Of a DNA stretch of 64,000 nucleotides, positions 52,689-62,788 are shown piece by piece. Made by a program: the position numbers and the translations under genes. Under the pieces are notes generated by a model. The model ran no database searches. It was not told the origin of the DNA and saw nothing but the letters and a program-made list of their open reading frames with translations. Every line of letters starts with the position of its first letter. Positions within the stretch are counted from its first letter, which is position 1. The stretch is taken from positions 3,840,001 through 3,904,000 of the forward strand of contig CAWDXG010000004.1 of the NCBI GenBank assembly GCA_963806225.1. The letters are read 5' to 3'. The DNA comes from an uncultured delta proteobacterium (GTDB taxonomy: Bacteria > Myxococcota_A > Polyangia > Polyangiales > Polyangiaceae).

Positions 52689-53300
52689 ATGGATGGACAA
52701 CGCCAGAGGTCCGGCAACGGCCGGAAGCGAAGGCGCAGGTCGCGCGGCGAAGCCCGCGTCCAGGCCGAACCAGTAATGATCGCGGCGCGGCGCCCCAACT
52801 CGCCGCGCATCAACAAGACGAACGGGCACGACAAGTCGCTGGTCGCGGCTTCCGCGAGCCCGGCGCAGGCGGATCGCGGCGGCGGCAACGGCGAGCAGCG
52901 GCAGCAGGCTGCCCGGCCAGCAGCTCCAGCCCCGAAACGCAGCGCGCGCATCGTGCAGCTCTCGACGAATGTGGGCGACGAGCGCGAGAAGCAGCGCCTA
53001 CGTCTGCTGGAACGGCTGATGTGTTCCGAGGGGCGCGGGGCCATCTCGCGTGCGGCAACCGAATACCAACAGGCCGGCTTCGCGTTCCCGGAGGAGCAGC
53101 AAGTGCAGCTCCAGCTGCTGGAGCACTTCGACGAAAGTCAGGCTCACGACGCCGTGCAGACACTGGAGCGCCTCCTGTCCGTAGAAGCTCCGATCAAGAA
53201 GCCGATTCTCGAGCAGCGGCTCCGGCGTCTCGAGGAGTACGCCGACGAGCCGGCAACCCGCGAAGCGGCTGCCCAGCTGCGCCGCAGCCTTCGTTCCTGA
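52689..53300 (+). CDS. Hypothetical protein with disordered N-terminus and helical C-terminus
   Basis: GGAGG RBS; LQLLEHFDE, LEQRLRRLEEYADE. Confidence 0.6.
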   Translation: MDGQRQRSGNGRKRRRRSRGEARVQAEPVMIAARRPNSPRINKTNGHDKSLVAASASPAQADRGGGNGEQRQQAARPAAPAPKRSARIVQLSTNVGDEREKQRLRLLERLMCSEGRGAISRAATEYQQAGFAFPEEQQVQLQLLEHFDESQAHDAVQTLERLLSVEAPIKKPILEQRLRRLEEYADEPATREAAAQLRRSLRS

Positions 53301-53331
53301 TCCCCGGATCGAAATTCTTCCCCACCGTGCC

Positions 53332-53757
53332 ATGGCGAACGAGCTGTCCGGCAGGGAGTTCGAAGCGCGCTTCCGCGAGCTGGTCTCGGAGCTCGGTCGC
53401 GATCAGAAGAACGACGGATGCGTCGAGTGCGCCGGCTGCCGCGCATGCAACGGCTGCACCTTCTGTCGCGATTCGGAACGCCTGGTGCGTTGCCACTACT
53501 GCGTGCGCTGCAGCATGTGTACCGACTGCTCGCACTGTCGCGGCTCGCGCGGGCTCATCGGGTGCATGCACTGTGTGGAGTCGGAGAGCTGCGCGTCCAG
53601 CTCGTATCTCGTGCGCAGCATTTCGCTCACACACTGCAGCTACTGCTTCGGCTGCGTCGGGCTGAGCGGCCGCGATTTCCACATCCTCAACGAGCCGTAC
53701 GCGCGCGACGAATACTTCGCGCTGACACGGCGCCTGACACGCGAGCTCGGGCTGTAG
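53332..53757 (+). CDS. Small Cys-rich protein with CxxC/CxxS periodic repeats
   Basis: Continuous CxxCxxC pattern ending CFGCVGL..FHILNEPY..EY. Confidence 0.8.
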   Translation: MANELSGREFEARFRELVSELGRDQKNDGCVECAGCRACNGCTFCRDSERLVRCHYCVRCSMCTDCSHCRGSRGLIGCMHCVESESCASSSYLVRSISLTHCSYCFGCVGLSGRDFHILNEPYARDEYFALTRRLTRELGL

Positions 53758-53764
53758 CGCCGGC

Positions 53765-54094
53765 ATGAGCGACCCTGCTCTCGAAGCTCTGTGGAAGAAC
53801 GTCCTCGACAACTGGGACGAAGACAAGGCCCACGGCGCGTTCCTCGAGCACTGCCAGCGCAGCGACCAGCTCGTCGAAGCCGCAGTGCGCTACCGGGGCA
53901 TGAAGGGGGATCGAGAGCGCGGCGAGGTCGCGGAAAAGCGCCTTCAGGGCGTGGCGATGCTGGCGATGGCGCAACTGGAAGCCTCGCGCTCCAGCGCGCG
54001 GGAACCGGAGACGCGGCGGGTCACTCTCTTCGTGGCGCTGCTGTTCCTGTTGGCCGCGCTGGGGCTTCTCCTGTACCTCGCCGGCAGCCGCTAG
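53765..54094 (+). CDS. Hypothetical protein with C-terminal TM helix
   Basis: LWKNVLDNW..HGAFLEHC; hydrophobic C-terminus. Confidence 0.6.
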   Translation: MSDPALEALWKNVLDNWDEDKAHGAFLEHCQRSDQLVEAAVRYRGMKGDRERGEVAEKRLQGVAMLAMAQLEASRSSAREPETRRVTLFVALLFLLAALGLLLYLAGSR

Positions 54095-54369
54095 GCGTCC
54101 CGATCCGCGCGCCGGGGCGTCCTCCCCAGGAAAGCCACCGCGTCGACATCAATGATTCCAGTCACTTACTGACCGTTGAAATGCAGGTCCATCATCGTTA
54201 GGAATGGAATGCCCCTGGGGAGGCATACGTTGAGGTCGAAGCTGACCTGCCACGGTGCTGTTCGCCCCCCTTTCGAGATGAACCGGCCCGGCCCCGCCCC
54301 AGGAAGCGACGAGCCCGGTCCACGAGACACGCTCCGAACCAACGAGACCTTTCAGGAGGTAACGAAACG

Positions 54370-54909
54370 ATGAGATCGTTCGCACCCGCTGTACTGCTCC
54401 TGTCCGCTGCCGTGGCCATCGGCTGCGGCTCGGACCCGAAGAAGCCCCCGGCCGCCCCGACCGGCGGCACCCAACAGCCCGCCGCGTCCGCCACCGCGGC
54501 GGACAACCCGAAGCCGGGCGACAATCCGAACGAATCGCAGATCAACATCTCCGATGCGATCCGGAAGGCGTGCGGGATTTCCGACGAGGACGCGTTCTTC
54601 GCGTTCAACTCCGCCAAGCTGCGACCGCAGGATCAGCGCGTGCTCGGCGAGCTGTCGAAGTGCTTCACCAGCGGGCCGCTCGCAGGCAAGCAGATGCGTC
54701 TGGTCGGCCATGCCGACCCGCGCGGCGAGCCGGAGTACAACATGGTCCTCGGCGGTCGCCGCGCCGGCAACGTCAAACAGTACCTGGTGAAGGCGGGAAT
54801 GAAGTCCGGCCAGATCGACACAAGCTCCCGCGGCGCGATGGACGCCACCGGAACGGACGAAGCGAGCTGGGCAAAGGACCGCAAAGTCGACGTGATGCTG
54901 GCCAACTGA
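54370..54909 (+). CDS. pal: OmpA-family peptidoglycan-associated lipoprotein (Pal-like)
   Basis: AGGAGG RBS, lipobox AIGC, FAFNSA, GHADPRG..EYNMVLGGRRA, DRKVD; adjacent to tolQRAB. Confidence 0.8.
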   Translation: MRSFAPAVLLLSAAVAIGCGSDPKKPPAAPTGGTQQPAASATAADNPKPGDNPNESQINISDAIRKACGISDEDAFFAFNSAKLRPQDQRVLGELSKCFTSGPLAGKQMRLVGHADPRGEPEYNMVLGGRRAGNVKQYLVKAGMKSGQIDTSSRGAMDATGTDEASWAKDRKVDVMLAN

Positions 54910-54943
54910 CGTGGGCCGGGCTTTCGCGCTATAGCGACAACCC

Positions 54944-55681
54944 ATGTATCTCGCTCCACAAGCGACGCCGGAGACGCCCGAGCTGGGCCCACTTCAGCTG
55001 ATGCTCAACTCCTCCGGCGTGGTGCTGGTGGTATTGCTCATCCTGATCACGGCCTCGGTCTCGGTCTGGCTCATCTGGTTCCTCAAGTCGATCCAGCTGA
55101 ACCGCCTGCGCCTCGCACAGCACCGTTTCGAAAAGGAGTCGGAAACGGTCGAGCGCGCCAGCGACCTCATTTCGCTGGCGCTCCAGCACCGCCATGCGCC
55201 CGGCGCGCGGGTGGTGCTGGAGCTGGCCAAGCGTCACCACCAGGCGAACCTCAGCGCGGACCTGCTGCTCGCTGTCGCCAATCGGGCCATCGCGACCGAG
55301 CAGCAGAAGGCGTCCACGCTGATGCCCACTCTGTCGAGCATCGCGTCGGCGGCTCCGTTCGTCGGCCTGTTCGGCACGGTTTGGGGGATCATGGACGCGT
55401 TCATCCGCATCGGCGTGGAGAAGAGCGCTTCGCTGCCGGTGGTGGCGCCGGCCATCGGCGAAGCGCTGATCGCGACGGCGTTCGGGCTGATCGCGGCGAT
55501 CCCGGCCACCATCGGCTTCAACTACGTCGACCGGCGCATCGGCGACCTGCTGGAAGAGCTGCACGCCTCGAGCGAGGCCTGGGCCCAGACACTGGCGGCC
55601 GATCCTGCCGGGCCCTCCTCCGCTGTGCCGCTGGTGAGAGAATCGAATCGCCCACCCGCGATGGGCGCAGTGGGGCGCTGA
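54944..55681 (+). CDS. tolQ: TolQ/ExbB proton channel protein
   Basis: IASAAPFVGLFGTVWGIM, VAPAIGEALIATAFGL. Confidence 0.9.
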   Translation: MYLAPQATPETPELGPLQLMLNSSGVVLVVLLILITASVSVWLIWFLKSIQLNRLRLAQHRFEKESETVERASDLISLALQHRHAPGARVVLELAKRHHQANLSADLLLAVANRAIATEQQKASTLMPTLSSIASAAPFVGLFGTVWGIMDAFIRIGVEKSASLPVVAPAIGEALIATAFGLIAAIPATIGFNYVDRRIGDLLEELHASSEAWAQTLAADPAGPSSAVPLVRESNRPPAMGAVGR

Positions 55682-55685
55682 ACCA

Positions 55686-56252
55686 ATGGGGGTGAAGCTC
55701 GGAGGGCGCTCGGGCGGCCGCAGCGGCTTCCGCGACATCAACATCACGCCGCTGGTCGACGTGATGCTGGTGCTGCTCGTGGTGTTCATGGTGACCGCGC
55801 CGCTGCTCACGACGGGGCTCCGCATCAACCTGCCCGAGGTGAAGGCGGCCAACACGCCGGTGAAGGACGCGCGGCTGCTGGTCACGGTGACCAAGGACGA
55901 GCGCATCCTGTTCGGCGACCGCGACGTGACCGACAACGTCGCCCAGGCGCTGCGCGACAATGCGCGCGTCCAGAAAGAGCGCGAGCTGTACATCCGGGCG
56001 GACAAGGAAGCCCACTACGGCGTGGTCGCGCGCGTTGTGGCCGCCGCACGCAACAGCGGCGTGGATTCGTTGAACCTGCTGGTCCAGCCCGAGATCGAAG
56101 CAGCGGACGACACGGACAAGGGCCAGGCCGGCAAGGGCGCCCAGGCGAAAGCGCCCCAGGGTGCCAAGACGAAGCCGGCCAAGGCCGGCGGCACGGCGGG
56201 CGGGATCGGCACACCTGCGCAGGGAGCGGGGGCGCCCACGCCCGGCAAGTAG
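55686..56252 (+). CDS. tolR: TolR/ExbD protein
   Basis: INITPLVDVMLVLLVVFMVTAP, IRADK..YG.V. Confidence 0.9.
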   Translation: MGVKLGGRSGGRSGFRDINITPLVDVMLVLLVVFMVTAPLLTTGLRINLPEVKAANTPVKDARLLVTVTKDERILFGDRDVTDNVAQALRDNARVQKERELYIRADKEAHYGVVARVVAAARNSGVDSLNLLVQPEIEAADDTDKGQAGKGAQAKAPQGAKTKPAKAGGTAGGIGTPAQGAGAPTPGK

Positions 56253-56256
56253 CCCG

Positions 56257-57069
56257 ATGGATGGCGGCACCCGCACCTTCGCGCCTGGGGAAGTCCTGGT
56301 CGCCGCGCTGCTCGCGGTCGTGGTCGAGATCGGCTTCTTCCTGCTGCTCGGCTTTGCCGGGACCAGCCGCCTGCACATCCAGTCGCGCGACAAGCCGCCG
56401 CCCGAAGAGATCCCCATCGCGGTCAAGCCCGTGATGGACCCGCTGCCGCTGCTCAAGCTCGGCGGCAAGAAGGTCAAGGCGAAGCTGCCCGACATGTGGA
56501 AGAAGCAGGCTCCGGTCAAGCAGTACGAGGAGAAGAGCGCGCCCTCGCCGGACGCCAAGCAGACACCCGACGCGATCACGAGCGCGCCGGTCGCCACGGC
56601 CGACGCCGAGGCGCCGCCGCCCGACGCCGAGGTCGTGAAGCAGGTCGACGAGAACCTCAAGCTCATCGACGCGGGGCCCGACGCGCCGACCGTCGAGGGC
56701 GCAGGCTCGCCCAACGGCGTCAAGCAGGGCACCGAAACCGACCCGCTCAAGGCGCGCGCCGTCAGCATGTACACGATGAAGATCCTTGGCTGGTTCAACG
56801 CGCGTTTCCGCCCGCCGGTCGGCAAGATCCCCTGCGCCGAGCTCAAGAAATTGAGTGTCGGCGTGGCCGCGAACGTCGGAGGAGATAGGAGCGTGTCGGG
56901 TTTCACTATCAACGGATCGAGCGGAAATCCGGTTTTCGACGCCAAGGTCCGCTCGACCATGCAGTCGATCGTGGGACAACAGCTGCCCCCGCCGCCGCCC
57001 CTCTACCCCGACATCCTGGGCTCCACGGTGCACCCGCGGTTCTCGGGAGCAGGAGCGAAATGCAAGTGA
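56257..57069 (+). CDS. tolA: TolA/TonB-like energy transducer
   Basis: N-terminal TM, Pro/Lys linker, C-terminal SSGNPVFD..LPPPP; lies between tolR and tolB. Confidence 0.7.
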   Translation: MDGGTRTFAPGEVLVAALLAVVVEIGFFLLLGFAGTSRLHIQSRDKPPPEEIPIAVKPVMDPLPLLKLGGKKVKAKLPDMWKKQAPVKQYEEKSAPSPDAKQTPDAITSAPVATADAEAPPPDAEVVKQVDENLKLIDAGPDAPTVEGAGSPNGVKQGTETDPLKARAVSMYTMKILGWFNARFRPPVGKIPCAELKKLSVGVAANVGGDRSVSGFTINGSSGNPVFDAKVRSTMQSIVGQQLPPPPPLYPDILGSTVHPRFSGAGAKCK

Positions 57070-58408
57070 TTCCGAAATTCGTCGCTCGCGGCGTCGTCCT
57101 GGCGCTCGCACTCGCGCTGGTGCCGGCCGTCGCGCTCGCGCAGGAGCAGAAACCGCCCGCCGACGAGAGCGCGCTCGGAGAGTTCGTCGTCACCGGAACG
57201 CCGCACGAGCACATCACGCGGCTGGCGATCCTGCCGTCGCTGTCGCCGGACATGGCGGACGTGATCGTGCGCGGCGTCGTGCGACGCGACTTCCAGCTCA
57301 CCGGGATGTTCGACCTCATCGCCGACAAGAAGGCGCCGGAAGGCCTGTACGGTTTCAACGACCCGGTCGACATCAACGCCTGGAAGAAGCTGGGCGCGGA
57401 GGTGATCGTCAAGCTCGCGGCTCGCGCGGTGCCGAAGGACAAGAAGAAGGTCCAGGTCTACGGGCTCTGCTACTTCCTCAACGTCGGCAAGGACCCGGTC
57501 TACCAGAAGCAGCTCATCGTCGACCGCTCCATCGTGCGCGTGACGGCGCATCGCATCACCGACGCGCTGCTCGGCGCGATCACCGGGCGGCCCGGCGGCT
57601 TCGCCAGCCACTTCACGTTCTCCGGCAAGTGGGGAACGAACCGCCGCATCTTCACCATGGACTCGGACGGCAACGACCTGAAGCCGGTCACGAGCGCGGA
57701 CGTGACGGCTATCGCACCGACGTGGGGCCCCGGTGAGAAGCTCTTGTACACCGTCAGCAAGAACTACGCGCCCTTCAAGCTGATGGAGCTTTCGCGGCGG
57801 CACACCCAAGGCCATCAACGTGCCGTTCAAGACGTCGATCTACAGCGTAGACTTCAACAAGGACAAGACGAAGATGGCCGTCGCCGTTGCCGGAAAGCTC
57901 GGCAGCGCCATCTACGTCGGCCAGCCCGACGGCTCGGGAATGAAGAAGGTATCGACCACGCCGCTGGCGACGCATCCGGTGTGGAGCCCCTCCGGCAAGC
58001 TGGCTTGGATCGGCGGCGGGGCGACGAACGGCACGCAGCGCGTGTACGTCGACGGCAGGGCCATCTCGCCCAGGGGATTCACCGCGGCGGCGCCGACCTT
58101 CTGCGACACCGAGGACGGCATCCGGCTCGTGTACGCCGTGGAAGTCGCGCGGCAACCGGCAGGACCTTGTGATGAGCGGCGAAACGGGCGGCGGCATCGC
58201 CCGGCTCACCCAGCACCAGGGCTCGAACAGCTACCCCGCGTGCAGCCCCGACGGCCGCATGCTCGCCTTCTTCTCCACCCGCGGCGGCAAGAAGGGCATG
58301 TACTTCATGTCGCTCAAGCGCTGGAAGACGCAGCTCCTCACGCGCCAGTACGGCCAGTCGCTCCGGTGGGACGCCCTGCCGCCGCCGCCGAAGTCGGCAC
58401 AGCCGTAG
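57060..58408 (+). CDS. tolB: TolB beta-propeller protein; frameshifts near 57790 and 58145
   Basis: Signal peptide, AHRITDA..TGRPGGFAS, MDSDG, PTWGP, PVWSPSG, PACSPDGRMLAFFSTR. Confidence 0.85.
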
Positions 58409-58516
58409 TATTTCGCCCGTCCGGCGCGCCCCGCCCTTGACCGCCCGCCGGGATCACGTAAGCACGTTGTCTCCGCGGCGCGGCCGGGCCGCGCCCATAC
58501 CAGGAGAGCAGAGTCG

Positions 58517-59102
58517 ATGAGCGTACCGGACAGTCCCGCGGAGTTCTTCACGCAGTACATCCCCCAGCGCTTCGAGGCGGTGAAGGCCGGGCTGGCGGGC
58601 AAGTCGTCGTCGGGGTGCATGACCTTCCGCGTGCTCGACGGCGGCGAGTGGAGCCTGCGCCTCACGGACGGCGAGCTGTCGATCAGCGAGGGCATGGAGG
58701 ACGACGCGATCATCCAGATCACCGTCTCCGGGCAGGACTTCCAGCCGATTTTCGTGCAGAGCGCGGTGCAGCAGGAGGGCGAGCCGATCAAGCCCGAGGC
58801 CCAGGTGATGGCGTTCAAGGCGCTCACCATCGACTCCGAGCGCGCCAAGCTCGTGCGTGACGTGGTCGGCAGCGTGGCCTTCGTCGTGGCCGACGGCGAC
58901 AACTTCCACAAGCTGATCATCACGCCAGGCACGGCCGCGCCCAAGCTGGAGGACGCCGACTGCCGGCTGGAGTGCAGCGATGAACGACTTCATGGACATG
59001 CAGAGTGGCAAGCAGCAGCCGCTGCAGCTCGCCATGAGCGGTCGCATCCGCATCGTCGGCAACGCGCAGATCCCGATGGCGCTGAGCGGCGTGTTCGCCT
59101 GA
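58517..59102 (+). CDS. Tandem SCP2-like lipid-binding protein; frameshift near 58980
   Basis: GGEWSL..DG, ITVSGQDF; second frame DFMDMQSGKQQPLQLAMSGRIRIVGN, matching the SCP2 signature. Confidence 0.7.
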
Positions 59103-59146
59103 GCCCGCCTGCTGCCGTCGCCCCGGCCGTGGTAGATGCTGCTTCG

Positions 59147-60583
59147 ATGAGCGAAAAGCCCGAGCGGCGCGACTTCCGCCACACCAAGATCGTCTGCACG
59201 CTGGGTCCGGCCAGCGCCGGGTACGAGACTATCGAGCAGCTCGCGCGCACGGGCATGAACGTCGCGCGGCTGAACATGTCGCACGGCACGCACGAGTCGC
59301 ACCTCGAGGTCATCAAGCGCATCAAGGGCCTGAACAAGCGGCTGAATCACCCGATCTCCATCCTGCTCGACCTGCAGGGCCCGGAGATCCGCACCGGCGA
59401 GCTGAGCGAGAGCCTGGCGCTGAACGTCGGCGACACGCTCTGGCTCACGGTCAGCCCGGAGGAAGACCCGGAGGTGCAAGAGCGTCCACGTCAACTACGA
59501 GGATCTGGTCAACGACCTGCGCGTCGGCGACAAGGTCACCGTCGACAACGGCATCATCAACCTGGAAGTGCTGGCCATCCAGGACCGGCGGCTCGAGTGC
59601 CGGGTGATCGACGGCGGCAAGCTGGGCTCGCGCCGCCACGTGAACCTGCCCGGCATCCGCGTGAACCTGCCCAGCATCACCGACAAAGACCGCCGCGACA
59701 TCCGCTTCGGGCTCGAGAACGAGGCCGACTTCATCGCGCTGTCGTTCGTGCGCTCGCCGAACGACGTGCTGGAAGCGCGCGCGATGGTGGAGGAGGCGAA
59801 GACCCGCACGCAGCTCATCGCCAAGATCGAGAACCAGGAGGGCGTCGACAACTTCCCGAGCATCCTGGGCGTGTCGGACGGCATCATGGTGGCGCGCGGC
59901 GACCTCGGCGTGGAGGTCGACATCCGCGAGCTTCCTGTGATCCAGCGTCGTATCGTCCGCTCCTGCTCGCTTGCCGGCAAGCCGGTCATCGTCGCGACGC
60001 ATCTGCTCGAGTCCGATGATCGAGAACCCGCTGCCCACGCGCGCCGAGGTCAGCGACGTGGCCAACGCCGTCTACGAGCAGGCCGACGCGCTCATGCTCA
60101 GCGGCGAGACGGCCGCGGGCCGCCATCCGGTGCGCTGCGTGCAGATGCTCGACAGCATCATCCGCCGCATCGAGAAGGAACCGGGGCTCGAGTTCCATCT
60201 CGAGCGCCATCCCGACGGCGCACCGGAGGAGCTAGCCCGCGCGGCCTGCCGTCTCGCCGATTCCTCGGGCGCCCCGGCCATCGTGGTGATCACGCGGCGC
60301 GGCCTGCTCGCACAGCTCGTCGCCAGCTACCGGCCTTGCACGCGCCATCATCTACGCCTTCACGAACATGAGCAGCGTGCGCCGCAAGCTCTGGCTCATC
60401 CGCTCCGTCGTCCCCTTCGTCGGCGAGCTGCACAACGACCCGGAAACGACGCTGCGCCTCGCCTTCGACCGGCTCAGGCAGCGCAATCGCTTGTTGCCGG
60501 GCGACTTCGTCGTGGTTGTTTCCGACGTGGTCGTCGGCGAGTCGATCACGACGACGAGCATCCAGGTGCGGCACTTCGCGTAG
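59147..60583 (+). CDS. pyk: Pyruvate kinase; about 3 frameshifts
   Basis: [66 protein letters not shown]. Confidence 0.95.
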
Positions 60584-60709
60584 CCGGCTGGTCGCAGCTC
60601 GTCGCTGGGCGAGCGGGAACCAGGAAGGCGGGAAGGCGGAAAGGTTTCTGGGGTCGAGTGATGGGGCGGGGAGTGCGGCTCATCCAGCGGGTGGGCGGCG
60701 TAGCTCGGC

Positions 60710-61093
60710 TCACCACACGACGTGGACCAGGCCGCTTTCGCTAATGCGCGAGTCCGCGGTCGCGAGTGGCGCTTCGAGCGAGCGCGCCGTGGAGACGATG
60801 AGATCGTCGGCGGGGTCGCCACCGTAGTCGGGGAGCTGCGCGGCGAGCACGGCGACCTCCGGCTCGAGCGGGAGCAGCGCGACCCGCGCCAGCGACAGTG
60901 CTTCGCGGACCCAGGCACGCACGTCGCGGTCGAGCTTCAGGCGGCCGCGCATCACGAGCATCCCCACCTCCCAGCACGAGATAGCCGAGACGCCGAGCTC
61001 GTCCTCGCCGTCGATGCGGCGCCGCACTCGCGCGGGCAGCTTGCGCGAGTGGCTCGCCCACCAGATCCAGGCGTGGGTGTCGAGAACGATCAC
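60710..61093 (-). CDS. vapC: VapC-family PIN-domain toxin
   Basis: IVLDTHAWIW, SAISCWE, DPADDLIVSTA, LATAD; GTGA overlap with the antitoxin. Confidence 0.92.
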   Translation of the reverse strand: MIVLDTHAWIWWASHSRKLPARVRRRIDGEDELGVSAISCWEVGMLVMRGRLKLDRDVRAWVREALSLARVALLPLEPEVAVLAAQLPDYGGDPADDLIVSTARSLEAPLATADSRISESGLVHVVW

Positions 61094-61314
61094 GAGCGAA
61101 GCTTCCACGCGTCGTGCATGGGCGAGACGATGTCGTCCTCTTCCAGCACGCTGCCCTCGAGGGAACGCGCCGCACCCCGCGCTGCCACGGGTACCACGCG
61201 CGCCACCGGCTTGCCGCGCTTGGTCACGGTGACGGCGTGGCGGGTCGCCTGCACCTCGTCGAGGATAGCGAGGCAGTGGGCCTTGAACTCGGTAGCAGCG
61301 ACGCGCTTGGGCAT
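61090..61314 (-). CDS. Phd/YefM-family antitoxin
   Basis: ATEFKAHCLAILDEV, VTKRGKPVARVVP. Confidence 0.92.
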   Translation of the reverse strand: MPKRVAATEFKAHCLAILDEVQATRHAVTVTKRGKPVARVVPVAARGAARSLEGSVLEEDDIVSPMHDAWKLRS

Positions 61315-61325
61315 GACCAGATAAG

Positions 61326-61342
61326 CTGACCATAGTGGTCAG
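61326..61342. promoter_or_regulatory. Palindromic operator of the toxin-antitoxin operon
   Basis: CTGACCA-TAG-TGGTCAG immediately upstream of the antitoxin ATG. Confidence 0.7.
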
Positions 61343-61405
61343 ATGAGATGACCGCAAGGCTCCGCGCGAGTGGAGGAGCGCAGCCGCAGAAGAAGACCGA
61401 TACGG

Positions 61406-62725
61406 CTACTTGATGACCGTCGGGCAGCCGACCAGGATCTGCACCTTGGCCGTCGTGGCGTTCTTCACGTCGTCGCAGGCCTTGCCGATGAGCTCGATCT
61501 GGCTCTGGCTGGCATCGGTGTAGTCCCAGCAACCGTCGGTCGTGCACGTGTCGGTGGCGTCCGCGCGCTTCTTGGGCGAGCTCGACTTGCCATCTGCCGT
61601 GAGGTCGACGTTCACGGAGTTGGGATCCACCGTCCCGCTCTCCGGCTGCGGCACTTCGTACACGCACCCGAGCGCCTTGCCGCGGATCTTGTCCACCACG
61701 TCGGCCAGCGCCTGGGCGTTGAAGGCGCCGGTGGTCATGTCGAAGTGGCAGGGAGTGGTCGGGTCGGCGCCCGTCTTGGAGAACACGCCGTCGCAGCCCG
61801 CCGGCACTTCCTTGGTCGCACCCGCGTAGGCGTAGGCGCTGAGTGCCAGGCGCATGTGGTAGGGCGCCGTCGCGTAGGCACCCTGGGTCTGTCCGGTGCT
61901 GTCCGAGCCCGGTACACCGATGATGAACGTGGTCACGGGCTTTTTCGGATCCGTGTACGCGGCGTGCAACAGCTGGATCACGTTCGACGGGTACTCCCAG
62001 TCGGGGCATTGCCCGTCGGAATACCCACCGCGCGACGAAAGCGACGTGCAGCTGAAGCCGCCGTCGGAGATGAACACCATCACGCGCTTGCCGTTGATCT
62101 TGTAGGCCTGCAACGCCTGGATCGCGGCATTCATGGCGTCGTAGCCCGGGCTCGCGTCGGTGGCGGTTTTGTCCGGGAAATGGCTTGTGAGCCAGTTGTA
62201 GATCTGGTGGCGCACGCCGGTCGTCGCGTTCGACTTGTCGGTACCGGCGTCCGCCAGCTGCACCTGGGCCAGCGCCGTGATGCCGCACGAAACGCTGAGA
62301 CCGAACAAGCACGCCGGGCCCGGTACCTGGGAGGCAGGATAGGCCAGGAGCCCCAACGCCAGGTTGTCGAAGCTGTCCAGATCGATCGCCTGCGCGATGG
62401 CCAATTGCGCGGCGCTCCACTTGCCGTTGGTGGACATGCTGGAGCTGCGGTCGAGCACGATCAGCACCGCGGCGGGGGCGTGCTTGGCCTTGTACGTCTG
62501 CGCCGCGCAGGCGCCATCCGGCGTGAGCTTGTGGTCGTCGGAGGCGTCCGGCACGGAAAGGTTGCCCCCCGCGCCACCCGTTGCGCTGGCGTCACCGCTG
62601 GAACCGCCGCTGCCACCGGAACCCGATGGCGCGCTGCCGCGGGATGCAGCACAACCCCACGCCGCGGCCACGCCCAGGGAGAGCGCGATCGCGGAGCCGC
62701 GTAACCAGTGTCGCTTTCCCACCAA
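61406..62725 (-). CDS. vWA-domain surface lipoprotein, same architecture as 29547..30707
   Basis: GGAGAGG RBS, lipobox AWGC, Gly linker, DRSSSM, FISDG, C-terminal VNV..CWDY..IEL.G.AC..VGC module. Confidence 0.8.
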   Translation of the reverse strand: MVGKRHWLRGSAIALSLGVAAAWGCAASRGSAPSGSGGSGGSSGDASATGGAGGNLSVPDASDDHKLTPDGACAAQTYKAKHAPAAVLIVLDRSSSMSTNGKWSAAQLAIAQAIDLDSFDNLALGLLAYPASQVPGPACLFGLSVSCGITALAQVQLADAGTDKSNATTGVRHQIYNWLTSHFPDKTATDASPGYDAMNAAIQALQAYKINGKRVMVFISDGGFSCTSLSSRGGYSDGQCPDWEYPSNVIQLLHAAYTDPKKPVTTFIIGVPGSDSTGQTQGAYATAPYHMRLALSAYAYAGATKEVPAGCDGVFSKTGADPTTPCHFDMTTGAFNAQALADVVDKIRGKALGCVYEVPQPESGTVDPNSVNVDLTADGKSSSPKKRADATDTCTTDGCWDYTDASQSQIELIGKACDDVKNATTAKVQILVGCPTVIK

Positions 62726-62788
62726 GCACCTCTCCAAGCCAGGCGAGCCTTGCGGGCCCGACGTGCGGAAGTGTACCACGATAGGGAC

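Noticed and set aside
58517..60019. Apparent 500-aa SCP2-pyruvate kinase fusion
   Set aside because: An artefact of a frameshift near 58980; the SCP2 gene ends at 59102 and pyk starts at 59147.
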